DNA of 64,000 nt, taken from positions 13,219 through 77,218 of the forward strand of contig CAAEON010000054.1 of the NCBI GenBank assembly GCA_900757615.1. The letters run 5' to 3'. The translations under genes and the position numbers were made by a program. Every line of letters starts with the position of its first letter. Within the stretch, counting starts at the first letter, position 1. This DNA comes from an uncultured Collinsella sp. (lineage in GTDB: Bacteria > Actinomycetota > Coriobacteriia > Coriobacteriales > Coriobacteriaceae). A model generated the notes under the pieces. That model had not been told where the DNA came from. It saw only the letters and a program-made list of their open reading frames with translations, and did not search any database. Positions 26,480 to 34,642 of the stretch are shown piece after piece.

Positions 26480-27358
26480 ATGCGATTGCCAAGCGCGCCC
26501 CCCGAAAGGCCTGCCATCAATCCCTTTGTTGAGCCCTCTCATGCCCTCGCCAAACAGGCATGCTGGAGCATCGCGCTCGTCGTGATTCTTGCCTGCTTGT
26601 TCTCGACCCTCGACAACGTGGTCACACTCTCCAACGCCCACGGCACCATTGCCGTGCAAACCTGGCCGCGCCTCTTTTTGGCGGCAAGCGACCTTGCCGC
26701 CGGCATCGTCTTTGATCTTGCCGAGCGTCGCTACATGGGACTTGTCATGCTCGGCATCGCCGTGCTCTCGACCAGTTCCATCCTGGCCGTCGAGGCCGGG
26801 GCAGATCCCAACCTTGGCCTTGTTGTCTTTTACCTGAGCTCGGACTTTTTCGTCACGTTCTTTACCGCCACGTTTACACAGCTGGCACCGCGCATGCACG
26901 CGCCCGCCCTCTGGGCCGGCATGGGCCGTGCGGCCAATAACGCGTGCGCGTTCACCACGTCGGGCGTCTCGCTTGCGCTTGTGACCTCTGGCAACGTCGC
27001 CCTCATCATGATCGGTGCGCTCATGCTGCTCGTAGCGGCCAGCGTTGCGTTCGTTGCCGCGGGCCTATTCCGCCTGCCCCAAACCAAGCAGGAGCGCGAA
27101 CACCAGCAACGAGCCGAGGAGGCACTGGCGGCACCGAGCATCAAGGAGCAGCGCCGAGCTTTCATCGCCAACCACGCTCTCACTCCGCGCGAAGTCGACG
27201 TACTCATGGCAGTAACCCAGGACGAACGCCCGCTCAAGCAGGTCGCCGAGGAACTCGGCATCTCGATGCGCATGGTACAGCGCCACCTGAGCTCTATCTA
27301 CCAAAAGATCGACACGCAAACGCGCGCCGGTCTCACCAAAGCCTTCCCCTCGGCCTAA
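26480..27358 (+). CDS. membrane-bound LuxR-family regulator (multi-TM N-domain plus C-terminal HTH)
   Basis: About 6 hydrophobic segments, then LTPREVDVLMAVTQDERPLKQVAEELGISMRMVQRHLSSIYQKI. It is divergent from the surface-protein gene. The start at 26480 is the first in-frame ATG beyond that gene. Confidence 0.7.
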   Translation: MRLPSAPPERPAINPFVEPSHALAKQACWSIALVVILACLFSTLDNVVTLSNAHGTIAVQTWPRLFLAASDLAAGIVFDLAERRYMGLVMLGIAVLSTSSILAVEAGADPNLGLVVFYLSSDFFVTFFTATFTQLAPRMHAPALWAGMGRAANNACAFTTSGVSLALVTSGNVALIMIGALMLLVAASVAFVAAGLFRLPQTKQEREHQQRAEEALAAPSIKEQRRAFIANHALTPREVDVLMAVTQDERPLKQVAEELGISMRMVQRHLSSIYQKIDTQTRAGLTKAFPSA

Positions 27359-27362
27359 AACA

Positions 27363-27403
27363 AAAACCACCACAAAGGTACCTGTCCCCTTTGTGGTGGT
27401 TTT
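27363..27403. terminator. bidirectional terminator hairpin, an inverted copy of the 24561-24593 repeat
   Basis: Sequence is aaaaccaccacaaagg-tacctgtcc-cctttgtggtggtttt. It sits between the convergent LuxR (stop 27358) and cytidylate-kinase-like (stop 27410) genes. Confidence 0.75.
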
Positions 27404-27409
27404 GATCGG

Positions 27410-28033
27410 CTAGCCTTCGAGCTGGGCCACTTTGTAGCGGTAGGCAGCGGCGATAACGTCTTTGCAGCCCTCGCGACCCAGCTTGGCGCGGTTGACGACG
27501 ATGTCTTTACCACTCGTCATTTTCCACTTGCCGGCGCTGTAGCGCTTGTAAAACGCCTCGCGCGCCTTCTGCTGCTGCTTGACCAGCTTGGCGCCCTTCT
27601 TTTTGTTGAGGCCGCGCTTCTTGCGCACGATCTCGACGCGGTCCTCAAAGGGTGCGGTCACCAACACGGCAATGTGGTTGGGGTTGTTACGCAGCAGGTA
27701 ATCGGACAGACGGCCTTCGATAATGCAGCTCTCAGTCTCGCCCAGGTCCAAAATCACCTGGCTCATCTTTTGGAACAACTTGTCCGAGTACGAGCGCGCA
27801 TCGTAGCGGTCGGGCAGGAACGCCATGTTCTCCACGGCCAGACGCTCGTCGTAGGCGGCCATCTTATCGAGCGACTCGCCCGCGCGCAGCGACGCACGTA
27901 CCAGCAGCTCGTTATCGTACAGCGGAATCCCCAACTCGTCGGCAAGCATGCGGCCAATCTCGTGACCCTCGGCACCAAAATCGCGCGCAATGGTAATGAC
28001 CACAGGATTCTTCTTATTCTCCAGATCGCTCAT
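27410..28033 (-). CDS. cytidylate kinase-like family protein (P-loop-like NMP-kinase fold)
   Basis: VVITIARDFGAEGHEIGRMLADELGIPLYDNELL is typical of the Cytidylate_kin2-type family. AAGGAA lies upstream of the ATG at 28033. Confidence 0.55.
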   Translation of the reverse strand: MSDLENKKNPVVITIARDFGAEGHEIGRMLADELGIPLYDNELLVRASLRAGESLDKMAAYDERLAVENMAFLPDRYDARSYSDKLFQKMSQVILDLGETESCIIEGRLSDYLLRNNPNHIAVLVTAPFEDRVEIVRKKRGLNKKKGAKLVKQQQKAREAFYKRYSAGKWKMTSGKDIVVNRAKLGREGCKDVIAAAYRYKVAQLEG

Positions 28034-28050
28034 CGCGATTCCTTTCTCTG

Positions 28051-28079
28051 TGTGGCAAAGGGACTGTCCCTTTGTCACA
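28051..28079 (-). terminator. hairpin immediately after the ABC permease stop
   Basis: Stem tgtggcaaaggga / tccctttgtcaca (one G-T pair) with a 3-nt loop. Contains gggacagtccc. Confidence 0.5.
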
Positions 28080-28718
28080 TTATGCAGCCACGACGCGGCG
28101 CTGGTAGGCTCGCACCAGCAGCGAGATACCAAAGTTGAGCACAAAGTACATCGCAAACACCAGGCCGTAGAGCATAAGCACCTGCGACAGGTCGATCGCG
28201 TGGGCCATCACGACGTTGGCCGTGTACATGAGCTCGGCCACGTTAATGCCCGAAAGATACGAGCTGTCCTTGATGACGGTCGTGCACTGGCTAAACAGCG
28301 CCGGAATGATCGTCTTAAACGTCTGCGGCAGAATGATGTAGCGCATGGTGGCAAAGAAGCCGAAGCCCTGGCTCTGCGCTGCCTCAAACTGGCCGCGCGG
28401 AATCGAGTTGAGGCCGCCGCGCACAATCTCGGCCATAACAGCGCTGGTAAACAGCGTAAAGGCGATGGTCGAAATCACAATGTCCAAACCCTGCACCGTA
28501 AAGTAGATAAACAGGATCCACAGCAGGTTTGGCGTGCAACGGAACAGCTCGATATAGGCGCTCACCAGAATACGGAACGGGCGGGGCGCATAGCTTTTAA
28601 CGAGCGCCAGCACCGTACCAAAGATGAGCGAGAAAAAGATCGACAGCGCCGAGATCTCGATCGTCTTAACAAAGCCGCCCCAGATGTAGAGCAGGTTGGT
28701 CGCGTTGAAGATTTCCAT
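28080..28718 (-). CDS. amino-acid ABC transporter permease (HisM/GlnP type)
   Basis: FRCTPNLLWILFIYF plus the EAA-like loop EIVRGGLNSIPRGQFEAAQSQGF. Confidence 0.8.
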   Translation of the reverse strand: MEIFNATNLLYIWGGFVKTIEISALSIFFSLIFGTVLALVKSYAPRPFRILVSAYIELFRCTPNLLWILFIYFTVQGLDIVISTIAFTLFTSAVMAEIVRGGLNSIPRGQFEAAQSQGFGFFATMRYIILPQTFKTIIPALFSQCTTVIKDSSYLSGINVAELMYTANVVMAHAIDLSQVLMLYGLVFAMYFVLNFGISLLVRAYQRRVVAA

Positions 28719-28721
28719 GCG

Positions 28722-29468
28722 CTAGGCCTCCTCTACGTTGTCGAGCCCCAGCTCGGCCAGGCTCACGCCGCGCGGACGCTCCTTGGAGCGGCGCTCGAGC
28801 CACTGCACCAGCATGGCGAGCGGAAAGCAGATGATGAAGTACATAAGGCAGCAGACGATGTATCCCTGCAGGTAACCGTACAGACTCACAAAGTTGTCGG
28901 AACGGTACATAAGGTCGCCGCCGGCCACAAGCGCCAGCACCGACGTGTTCTTGACCAGGTTGAGCGCCTGGTTACACAGCGGCGGCAGAATGATCTTGAA
29001 TGTCTGGGGCAGCACGATGTACCAGTATGCCTGCGCACGGGTGAAGCCCTGGCTCTGGGCCGCCTCCATCTGACCGCGCGGAACCGCCTCGATACCGGTG
29101 CGGATGACCTCCGAAATGTAGGCCGCGTGATACAGGCCCACGCCCAAGAAGCCCAGCACAAACGGCGCGATGCGCACCGGCTGGTCGGCACCGGCCATGG
29201 CCTGCAAAAACTGCGGGCCGGCCATGTACATAAAGAGCACCTGCACGGGCAACGGGGTGTTCTGGTAAAACTCCACGTACACGCGGCTTATGGCGCGCAG
29301 CACGCGCGAACGAGTGGTAGAGAACACGCCCAGCAGCGTGCCCAGCACCAGCGACAACAGCAGACCGGCAACGACCACCTGCAGTGTCACGCCAAAGCCC
29401 TCCCAGAAGGGCCCCATGTTTTGGAATGTCGTCGACCAGCGGTCGGCGTCAAACAATCCTTCGAGCAT
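28722..29468 (-). CDS. amino-acid ABC transporter permease
   Basis: YQNTPLPVQVLFMY plus SEVIRTGIEAVPRGQMEAAQSQGF. GGAAGGA lies upstream of the ATG at 29468. The longer ORF overlaps the SBP gene. Confidence 0.8.
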   Translation of the reverse strand: MLEGLFDADRWSTTFQNMGPFWEGFGVTLQVVVAGLLLSLVLGTLLGVFSTTRSRVLRAISRVYVEFYQNTPLPVQVLFMYMAGPQFLQAMAGADQPVRIAPFVLGFLGVGLYHAAYISEVIRTGIEAVPRGQMEAAQSQGFTRAQAYWYIVLPQTFKIILPPLCNQALNLVKNTSVLALVAGGDLMYRSDNFVSLYGYLQGYIVCCLMYFIICFPLAMLVQWLERRSKERPRGVSLAELGLDNVEEA

Positions 29469-29493
29469 TTGATTCCTTCCTTGGACGATGCGC

Positions 29494-30372
29494 CTATACA
29501 AGACCCCAGGTCTTGACCTCTTGGTCGAGCCAGCCATCGGCCAGGCGATCGCAAATCACCTGATCGACCACAGCCGAAAGGTCGCAGCCCTTCTTGGTCG
29601 CCACGCCGTAGCCCTGCTCGCCAAACTTGACCTCGGGCTGCAGCAGCTCGACGGTCTCGTTCATGTAACCGGCCAGCGTGGAGCGGTCCATGGCAAAGAC
29701 GTCGATATTGCCGGCGTCGAGCGAACTCTTGATGATGGGGTAACCGCTAAAGGCCCTAAACTCGGGCTTGCAGCTAAAGCCGTTGTCCTTGATCATCTGC
29801 TCGATCAGGCCCTGCGTGGTGGCACCCTGGCTCACGCCAATGACCTTGCCGTCCAGGTCCTCAATCGAGGTAAAGCCCGAACGCTTCTTGACCATGAGTC
29901 CCACGTAGTCGGTGCGGTACGGCGTCGAGAAATCCCAGCTCTTCTTGCGCTCGTCGGTGATGGTGTAGGTCGCCGCGACCACGTCAAGCTGGCCGTTATC
30001 GATCAGCGGGCCGCGCGTCTTGGGCGTTACGTCGGTAAACTCGACAAGCTCCTGGGCGCGGGCCTCCTTATAGCTCACGCCAAAGACGGCAGCGGCGATC
30101 TGGTAGCACAAATCGACTTCCATGCCCTCAAAGCGGCCCTTGGCGGTGTCGTAATAGCCGTAGCCGGGAACGTCCTTCTTAACGCCGGCATTCAGATGAC
30201 CACGCGACTTGATGGCCGCAAGCTTGGACCCCTTGTCGGAGCCCTCTCCGCTGGTGGAGTTGCCGCAACCGGTAAGCGCGGTCCCCGTCAGCGCAAGCAT
30301 ACCGGCGCCCGCCAGCTGCAAAAAGTGACGGCGCGACACGGCCGCCCTCGTCATATCCGTCATGTCCATCAC
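29494..30372 (-). CDS. amino-acid ABC transporter substrate-binding lipoprotein
   Basis: Tat-like / lipoprotein signal SRRHFLQLAGAGMLALTGTALTGC, followed by a family-3 SBP-like sequence (DVVAATYTITDERKK). Confidence 0.8.
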   Translation of the reverse strand: MMDMTDMTRAAVSRRHFLQLAGAGMLALTGTALTGCGNSTSGEGSDKGSKLAAIKSRGHLNAGVKKDVPGYGYYDTAKGRFEGMEVDLCYQIAAAVFGVSYKEARAQELVEFTDVTPKTRGPLIDNGQLDVVAATYTITDERKKSWDFSTPYRTDYVGLMVKKRSGFTSIEDLDGKVIGVSQGATTQGLIEQMIKDNGFSCKPEFRAFSGYPIIKSSLDAGNIDVFAMDRSTLAGYMNETVELLQPEVKFGEQGYGVATKKGCDLSAVVDQVICDRLADGWLDQEVKTWGLV

Positions 30373-30377
30373 CGCGC

Positions 30378-31109
30378 CTAGTGCAGAATCTTGGACAGGA
30401 ACTCGCGGCAGCGCGGGTTCTCGGGGTTATCGAAGAAGTGCTCGGGCGTGCCCTCCTCCAGAATGCGGCCGTCCTCCATAAAGATGACGCGGTCGGCCAC
30501 CTGGCGCGCAAAGCCCATCTCATGCGTCACGCAGATCATGGTGATATCCTCCTGCGCGAGCTCAATCATAACGTCCAGGACTTCCTGAACCATCTCGGGG
30601 TCGAGCGCCGAGGTCGGCTCGTCAAACAGGATGATGGGCTGCTTGGTGCACAGGGCACGGGCGATGGCGATGCGCTGTTGCTGACCACCCGAGAGATTCT
30701 GCGGATACTCGCCGGCCTTATGCGCCATGCCAACGCGCTTGAGCGCGGCGATGGCGATCTCGGTCGCCTCCTCCTTGCTCTTCTTTTGCAGCTTGATGGG
30801 CGCGAGCGTCAGGTTGCCCAGCACCGTCATGTTGGGATACAGGTTGAACTGCTGAAACACCATGGAGCTATACTTGCGGGCCATCTCCAGGTGATTCTTT
30901 TTGGTGAGCGGCGTACCGTCGATGATGACCTCGCCCGACGTGGGCTCCTCAAGATAGTCGACGCAACGGATGAGCGTCGACTTACCCGAACCGGAAGGCC
31001 CGATCATTACGAGCTTCTCGCCGCGCTTGACGGTGAGGTTGATATCTTTGAGCACATGCAGGTCGCCAAAGTACTTGTTGAGATGCCTGATCTCGATCAT
31101 GTCTGCCAT
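30378..31109 (-). CDS. amino-acid ABC transporter ATP-binding protein (GlnQ-like)
   Basis: Motifs [24 protein letters not shown] and [11 protein letters not shown]. Confidence 0.9.
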   Translation of the reverse strand: MADMIEIRHLNKYFGDLHVLKDINLTVKRGEKLVMIGPSGSGKSTLIRCVDYLEEPTSGEVIIDGTPLTKKNHLEMARKYSSMVFQQFNLYPNMTVLGNLTLAPIKLQKKSKEEATEIAIAALKRVGMAHKAGEYPQNLSGGQQQRIAIARALCTKQPIILFDEPTSALDPEMVQEVLDVMIELAQEDITMICVTHEMGFARQVADRVIFMEDGRILEEGTPEHFFDNPENPRCREFLSKILH

Positions 31110-31223
31110 GAATGTCCCTTCCCTGCGTTTACACGAGTTGAACTATTGTACGGAAAGAACCACGTTTCCGCAGCCCACACTACATTCCCGTAAAGAACCC
31201 GCAACCTTCCGCCCACTCATTGG

Positions 31224-31296
31224 GCACTCATTGGGGACAGACTTAAATGAGTACCCAATGAGCGGGTACTCATTTAAGTCTGTCCCCAATGAGTGC
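31224..31296. repeat. perfect 73-bp palindrome (33-bp arms, 7-nt loop) upstream of the amino-acid ABC operon
   Basis: Arm gcactcattggggacagacttaaatgagtaccc (31224-31256) pairs with gggtactcatttaagtctgtccccaatgagtgc (31264-31296). It carries the GGGGACAG core on both arms. Confidence 0.9.
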
Positions 31297-31424
31297 TCAA
31301 CCGCCCTTGTTGAGCATAAGTCAGCGAAAACCCGTACACGCGAGCAAGGTGACGTGAAATGAAAGGGCGCAGACCTTATGGTCGCGCCCTTGAAATTGAA
31401 CGTCAGATTGCCGCGTGTACGGGT

Positions 31425-31467
31425 TTGCAGCGTCGAGCCGTTACGCGGTTTGGTAAAACCGCGTAAC
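31425..31467 (-). terminator. terminator hairpin after the YqeY-like gene, a member of a 42-bp repeat shared with 61316-61357
   Basis: Stem gttacgcggttt (31440-31451) / aaaccgcgtaac (31456-31467), 3 nt after the stop at 31471. ttgcagcgtcgag precedes it, as in the second copy. Confidence 0.6.
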
Positions 31468-31470
31468 AAA

Positions 31471-31920
31471 TTACGCGAGTTTGGCGCCGACGATCTTGGC
31501 CGCGGCCGGCTTATCGAAGTTGCCGCCGGTGGCCTTGCCGAGTGCTCCCATGACCTGGCCCATCTGCTTCTTGGACGTGGCGCCCAGCTCGGCGATAACC
31601 TGCTCGATCAGGGCCTCAAGCTCCTCGCCCGAAACCTGCGCGGGCAGCAGGCTCTCCAGAATCTTGACCTGCTCGGTCAGGTTGTCGGTACGCTCTTGGT
31701 CGGTGCCGGCCTTGATGGACATCTCCAGCGTCTCGCTCGTCTGCTTGATCAGACGCTTGATCATGCTGTTGACGTCTTCCTCGGTCACATCGCGGCGCTC
31801 ATTGACCTCGATATTCTTCACCTCGGCCTTAACCTGGCGAATGATGGACAGGCGAACCTTGTCCTTGGCCTTCATGGCCGCGATCATTTCTTTCTGCAGC
31901 TCTTCGTTGGTCATCTGCAA
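31471..31920 (-). CDS. GatB/YqeY domain-containing protein
   Basis: Sequence of 149 aa with typical YqeY features: AMKAKDKVRLSIIRQVKAEVKN..., GKATGGNFDKPAAAKIV. Confidence 0.8.
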   Translation of the reverse strand: MQMTNEELQKEMIAAMKAKDKVRLSIIRQVKAEVKNIEVNERRDVTEEDVNSMIKRLIKQTSETLEMSIKAGTDQERTDNLTEQVKILESLLPAQVSGEELEALIEQVIAELGATSKKQMGQVMGALGKATGGNFDKPAAAKIVGAKLA

Positions 31921-31968
31921 ATCCTCTCTAATAGCGTGGGCGGCACTCGCGCGAGCACCGCCCCATGA

Positions 31969-33189
31969 TTACTCAGTCGTCGACGAATCGTCGGTCGAGC
32001 TCTTGGTGACGCCCTTCAGACTCACGTTATAGGGTACGTCCTTGGGCATGGGGTTGACGGCGATGTCGGCATCCTTCTTGTACTGCTCCAGCCACTCGCT
32101 GTATGCAGTACTGGCCGCCTGCGTCTTCACCACGTTAGAGACGTACTTTTTGATGGCCTTGGGCACCTGGTTGATGTCATCAACCTGATTATCGACATGG
32201 AAGTAGTCAGTGCATTTGATGATGTGGTAGCCATAGGTCGACTCGACGACTTCGCTCACGTCGCCCTTGTTGAGCCCCTCGAGCGCCGTCTGGTAGCTGT
32301 CGACAAAGGTGGTGAGCTTATCCCAGCCCACATCGCCCTTCTTCTCCTTGGAACCGGTGTCCTCGGAGTACTGCTCAACGGCGTCCTCAAAGCTCAGCTC
32401 ACCGGAGTTGATCTTGTCCAGGCACTCCTGCGCCTTGGCCTTGGCGGCAGCCTTGTCCTCGTCGGAAGCGTCGGAATCAACCTTGATCAGGATGTTCGAC
32501 GAACGACGGGCGTCGTTGTAGTTGGACAGGTTCTCGTTGATGTAATCGACGATCTCGCTGTCCTTGGGCTTGCTGGTGGGCGCCACAGCATCCTTAAGCT
32601 TTTGCTGCGCCAGGCTCTCCTTGAGCGAGTCCTTGTAGGTGTCCTCGGTGTAGCCGTAGGTCTTAAGGGTCTTCTTAAAGGTCTTGGCGCCGCCCGCGCT
32701 CTTGCACGCGTCCTTCCAGGCCTTCTCGACCTCCTCGTCCGACACCGTCACACCGTTCTCCTTCTGTGCCTGCTGAAGCAGAATCTGCTGCGTGTAGGAG
32801 TCGATGAGTTGCTTGCGGTACTTCTTGGGCGTGAGGTCATTATCGACCAGGTACTGCGCCCAGTCCTTGTCCTTGGTGTAGCCGTAGGACGTGCGCATGC
32901 TCATGATCTGCTTGGTCACGGTGTCCTCGGTGAGGTTGGTGCCGTTGATAGTGGCAGCAACACCGCCGGTCAGCTTGTAGCCCGAGGTGTCCTCGGCCTG
33001 CGACATAAGGCCGGAGCACGCCATCGCCGAGACGGAAAGCAGCATCGCCAGCACGCCGATGACCACCAGAACGATCTTGACAGTCTTGGACACGCGGGTC
33101 TTGCGCTGCTTCTTGCGAGAGCTGGAGGCGGCGCGAGCCTGCTGCTCGGGCGTCGGCTCGGGTGCGGAGTTCTTTTTCTTATTTGCCAT
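31969..33189 (-). CDS. membrane-anchored peptidyl-prolyl isomerase (parvulin / PrsA-SurA-like foldase)
   Basis: N-terminal basic region plus a TM (VKIVLVVIGVLAMLLSV), a SurA-N-like region, and a parvulin core RSSNILIK...GDVGW...YGYHIIK. The ATG at 33189 was chosen. Confidence 0.7.
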   Translation of the reverse strand: MANKKKNSAPEPTPEQQARAASSSRKKQRKTRVSKTVKIVLVVIGVLAMLLSVSAMACSGLMSQAEDTSGYKLTGGVAATINGTNLTEDTVTKQIMSMRTSYGYTKDKDWAQYLVDNDLTPKKYRKQLIDSYTQQILLQQAQKENGVTVSDEEVEKAWKDACKSAGGAKTFKKTLKTYGYTEDTYKDSLKESLAQQKLKDAVAPTSKPKDSEIVDYINENLSNYNDARRSSNILIKVDSDASDEDKAAAKAKAQECLDKINSGELSFEDAVEQYSEDTGSKEKKGDVGWDKLTTFVDSYQTALEGLNKGDVSEVVESTYGYHIIKCTDYFHVDNQVDDINQVPKAIKKYVSNVVKTQAASTAYSEWLEQYKKDADIAVNPMPKDVPYNVSLKGVTKSSTDDSSTTE

Positions 33190-33256
33190 AGTTGGCCTTT
33201 CGCATAACGAATCGAACAAACGCCATTGTGTCACAACGCAGCCCCGCGGCACGCTT

Positions 33257-33307
33257 GGTGCATTGGGGACAGGTTAATCTGCACCATTTTGGTGCAAAGG
33301 GGACAGC
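33257..33307. repeat. overlapping hairpins carrying two GGGGACAG cores
   Basis: Sequence is ggtgcaTTGGGGACAGGTTAATCtgcacc, then gcaccattttggtgc, then aaaGGGGACAGc. It lies between the PTS EIIA stop and the foldase start. Confidence 0.75.
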
Positions 33308-33323
33308 TCTGGCAGCCGGCACC

Positions 33324-33788
33324 TTAGAAGTGACGGCGGATAGCGTCGACCATGCCCTGCGGCGTGGTCTGGCCGAGCACGTCGGATGCGGCATCGGCGT
33401 CCATAAAGATGTTCATGAGCGCCTGCAGGGCCTCGACCTGGCCGCCCGGCTCGGCGATGCCCAGATTGATGACGATCTGCGCCGGCACCGGAGCGCCCAT
33501 GCCAGCCATAGCGTTAAATGTCACGGGCGCGGCGGGCTTCACCACCGCGATATAGGGCTTGGCCACAAACCCCGGATCGGTATGCGGAATGGCAATGTTT
33601 GCCGCCGGCATGGCAAGACCCGTGGGATAGGCATCCTCGCGCGTGCGAACGGCGTCGAGCCAACCGTCGGCAATGTAGCCGCGCGGAGCAAGCTCACTCT
33701 CGAGCTGCGCAAACACCTCACCCGGCGTCGCACACTCCCAATCAAAAAACACCAGCTCAGGCGTAAACAGCGCTTCGTTATCCGCCAT
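33324..33788 (-). CDS. PTS EIIA component, fructose/mannitol (EIIA-2 / Ntr-like) family, stand-alone
   Basis: AIPHTD phospho-His context and a length of 154 aa. There is no adjacent EIIB/C. Confidence 0.7.
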   Translation of the reverse strand: MADNEALFTPELVFFDWECATPGEVFAQLESELAPRGYIADGWLDAVRTREDAYPTGLAMPAANIAIPHTDPGFVAKPYIAVVKPAAPVTFNAMAGMGAPVPAQIVINLGIAEPGGQVEALQALMNIFMDADAASDVLGQTTPQGMVDAIRRHF

Positions 33789-33806
33789 GCGCTCACCTCT
33801 CTCACC

Positions 33807-33862
33807 TAGTCACCTGCGACGTTCTTAAACGACTAGTCATTCAAGAACGTCGCGGGTGACTA
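33807..33862. repeat. 20-bp-arm inverted repeat upstream of the EIIA gene
   Basis: Arm tagtcacctgcgacgttctt pairs with aagaacgtcgcgggtgacta (1 mismatch), with a 16-nt loop. There is no T-tract on either side. Confidence 0.75.
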
Positions 33863-33940
33863 CCCAAAACAAAAGGTGGCCACGCGCGCCTTGGCGCCAA
33901 TGACCACCCTGACCACTCAACTAAATTGTACTGTGCGCCG

Positions 33941-34642
33941 CTAGCCGCGGGGCGCATCAATTGCGACCTTGCCGCTCTCCAGCACGTGGACGCGACCGTC
34001 GGCGAGCATCTGCACGACCTCGGGATACAGCACATGCTCGATCGCATGGATGTGCTCCTCGAGCATGTCGACATCCCAGCCCTCCTCAACAGCCAGCGCA
34101 CGCTGGGCGATGATAGGGCCGTTGTCGTAAATCTCGTTGGCAAAGTGCACGGTCACGCCGGTCACCTTGACGCCGCGCGCAAAGGCATCGTCAATCGCAT
34201 GGGCACCGGTAAAGCTCGGCAGCAGCGCCGGATGCAGGTTGACCACGCGATTGGGGAACGCCGCCAGCAGTGGCGTGTGCACCATACGCATGTAGCCGGC
34301 CATGACCACATATTCGCAGCCGCGCTCGAGCAGCTCATGCGCGATGATTTCGTCAGCGGCGATAGGATCGGCATAGATATCCTTGGACAGCGTGAGCGTC
34401 TGGATGCCCGCACGCTCGGCGCGCTGCAAGCCCTTGGCCGAAGGACGGCTCGACACTACAAGCTCAATCGAGGCGTTGAGCTTGCCGGCGGAGATAAGGT
34501 CGATCAGCGCCTGCAGGTTGGTGCCCGAACCGCTGATAAGCACGCCGATCTTGAGCGGCTCGGCCGTATCGGTGCCGGTCGGACGGGTGTAGGGCACAAA
34601 GCCCAGGCCCTCGGCAGCAGCCATCTGCTCGCTAGCGCTCAT
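33941..34642 (-). CDS. purN: phosphoribosylglycinamide formyltransferase
   Basis: Motifs GVLISGSGTNLQAL, VVMAGYMR, NLHPALLP and GVTVH. Confidence 0.9.
   Translation of the reverse strand: MSASEQMAAAEGLGFVPYTRPTGTDTAEPLKIGVLISGSGTNLQALIDLISAGKLNASIELVVSSRPSAKGLQRAERAGIQTLTLSKDIYADPIAADEIIAHELLERGCEYVVMAGYMRMVHTPLLAAFPNRVVNLHPALLPSFTGAHAIDDAFARGVKVTGVTVHFANEIYDNGPIIAQRALAVEEGWDVDMLEEHIHAIEHVLYPEVVQMLADGRVHVLESGKVAIDAPRG

Noticed and set aside
26366-26899. N-terminal 178-aa extension of the surface-protein ORF, and the 26306 start of the LuxR ORF
   Set aside because: The two extensions overlap each other in the divergent promoter region. The signal peptide and a GGAGG SD define the start at 26365. 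The LuxR start was moved to the first ATG beyond it (26480).
27410-28033. Cytidylate-kinase-like protein, or the NUDIX hydrolase at 61493-62188, as nucleotide-depletion defence genes
   Set aside because: Both are single small genes with ordinary family features and no partner genes or island context. Nothing in the sequence supports a defence role.
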